Below are positions 35,856 through 36,180 of a DNA stretch of 36,180 bases, one piece after another; position 1 is the first letter of the stretch, and each line of letters begins with the position of its first letter. The notes under the pieces are model-generated. The model was not told the origin of the DNA, did not search any database, and saw nothing but the letters and a program-made list of their open reading frames with translations. The translations under genes were made by a program, and so were the position numbers. Origin of the DNA: Nitrospirota bacterium (lineage in GTDB: Bacteria > Nitrospirota > Nitrospiria > Nitrospirales > NS-4); contig CAWBGA010000006.1 in NCBI GenBank assembly GCA_963788195.1, forward strand, positions 1-36,180. Direction: 5' to 3'.

Positions 35856-36044
35856 TCACCTCTCTCTGGTCCGGCCCTCACGGACCGCGAAAAAGGTAAG
35901 CACATTCGGCGTTCCATGATGCTTTCCGGCGTATTCCTCAAGAGCGGTGCGAATAAGTGCCGACAGACTGGTCTTTTGCCGATGCGCCAGCTCGCGCAGG
36001 ATCTTCAGGACAGCTTCGTCACCGAATATGGTCGTTCTTTTCAT
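35856..36044 (-). CDS. CopG/ribbon-helix-helix protein (VapB-like antitoxin)
   Basis: MKRTTIF....L...A......S.LIR.ALEEY pattern. Confidence 0.6.
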   Translation of the reverse strand: MKRTTIFGDEAVLKILRELAHRQKTSLSALIRTALEEYAGKHHGTPNVLTFFAVREGRTRER

Positions 36045-36119
36045 GACATACATCCAATGTATGTACGTATGCTAACGTGGGATTACTACAATGTCCCGAT
36101 CTGAAGGGAGATAGAAAGC

Positions 36120-36180
36120 TTACTTTGCTGACCCCGCTTTGACGATCTTCGCTACTTCGGCCACGCGTTTTCCCATCGCT
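36120..36180 (-). CDS. C-terminal end of a gene, possibly flavodoxin/WrbA-like
   Basis: ...AMGKRVAEVAKIVKAGSAK*; only 19 codons visible. Confidence 0.35.
   Translation of the reverse strand, partial: AMGKRVAEVAKIVKAGSAK

Overview
A 36.2 kb bacterial window, most consistent with Nitrospirota (inferred from a Nitrospira-type chlorite dismutase, a DUF507 pair, SmbP and DUF1264/cytochrome c genes). The left ~14 kb is a redox/stress cluster with several sigma54-type promoters. It holds NAD-dependent formate dehydrogenase fdsGBA, DUF2231, a cytochrome c fused to an outer-membrane beta-barrel, a TsdA-type thiosulfate dehydrogenase, two more cytochromes c, DUF1264 and a Tat-signal DsrE-like protein, plus two tandem USPs, DUF2934, a DksA/TraR-like protein and a receiver domain. 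The right part is largely housekeeping: UDG, VOC, cld, VIT1, DLH, pmbA/tldD, DUF507 x2, UPF0182, cobB, EamA, nitrilase, smbP, ATP-dependent ligase, rhodanese, pentaheme cytochrome, HDAC, TPR, apaH and an orphan RHH antitoxin. Two intergenic loci (14028-14260, 21408-21582) carry short hairpin repeats with variable but self-complementary stems and a conserved loop; in both loci one copy is nested inside the loop of another. No rRNA, tRNA, CRISPR array or transposase was recognised. All calls rest on motif recognition by eye; no database searches were run.
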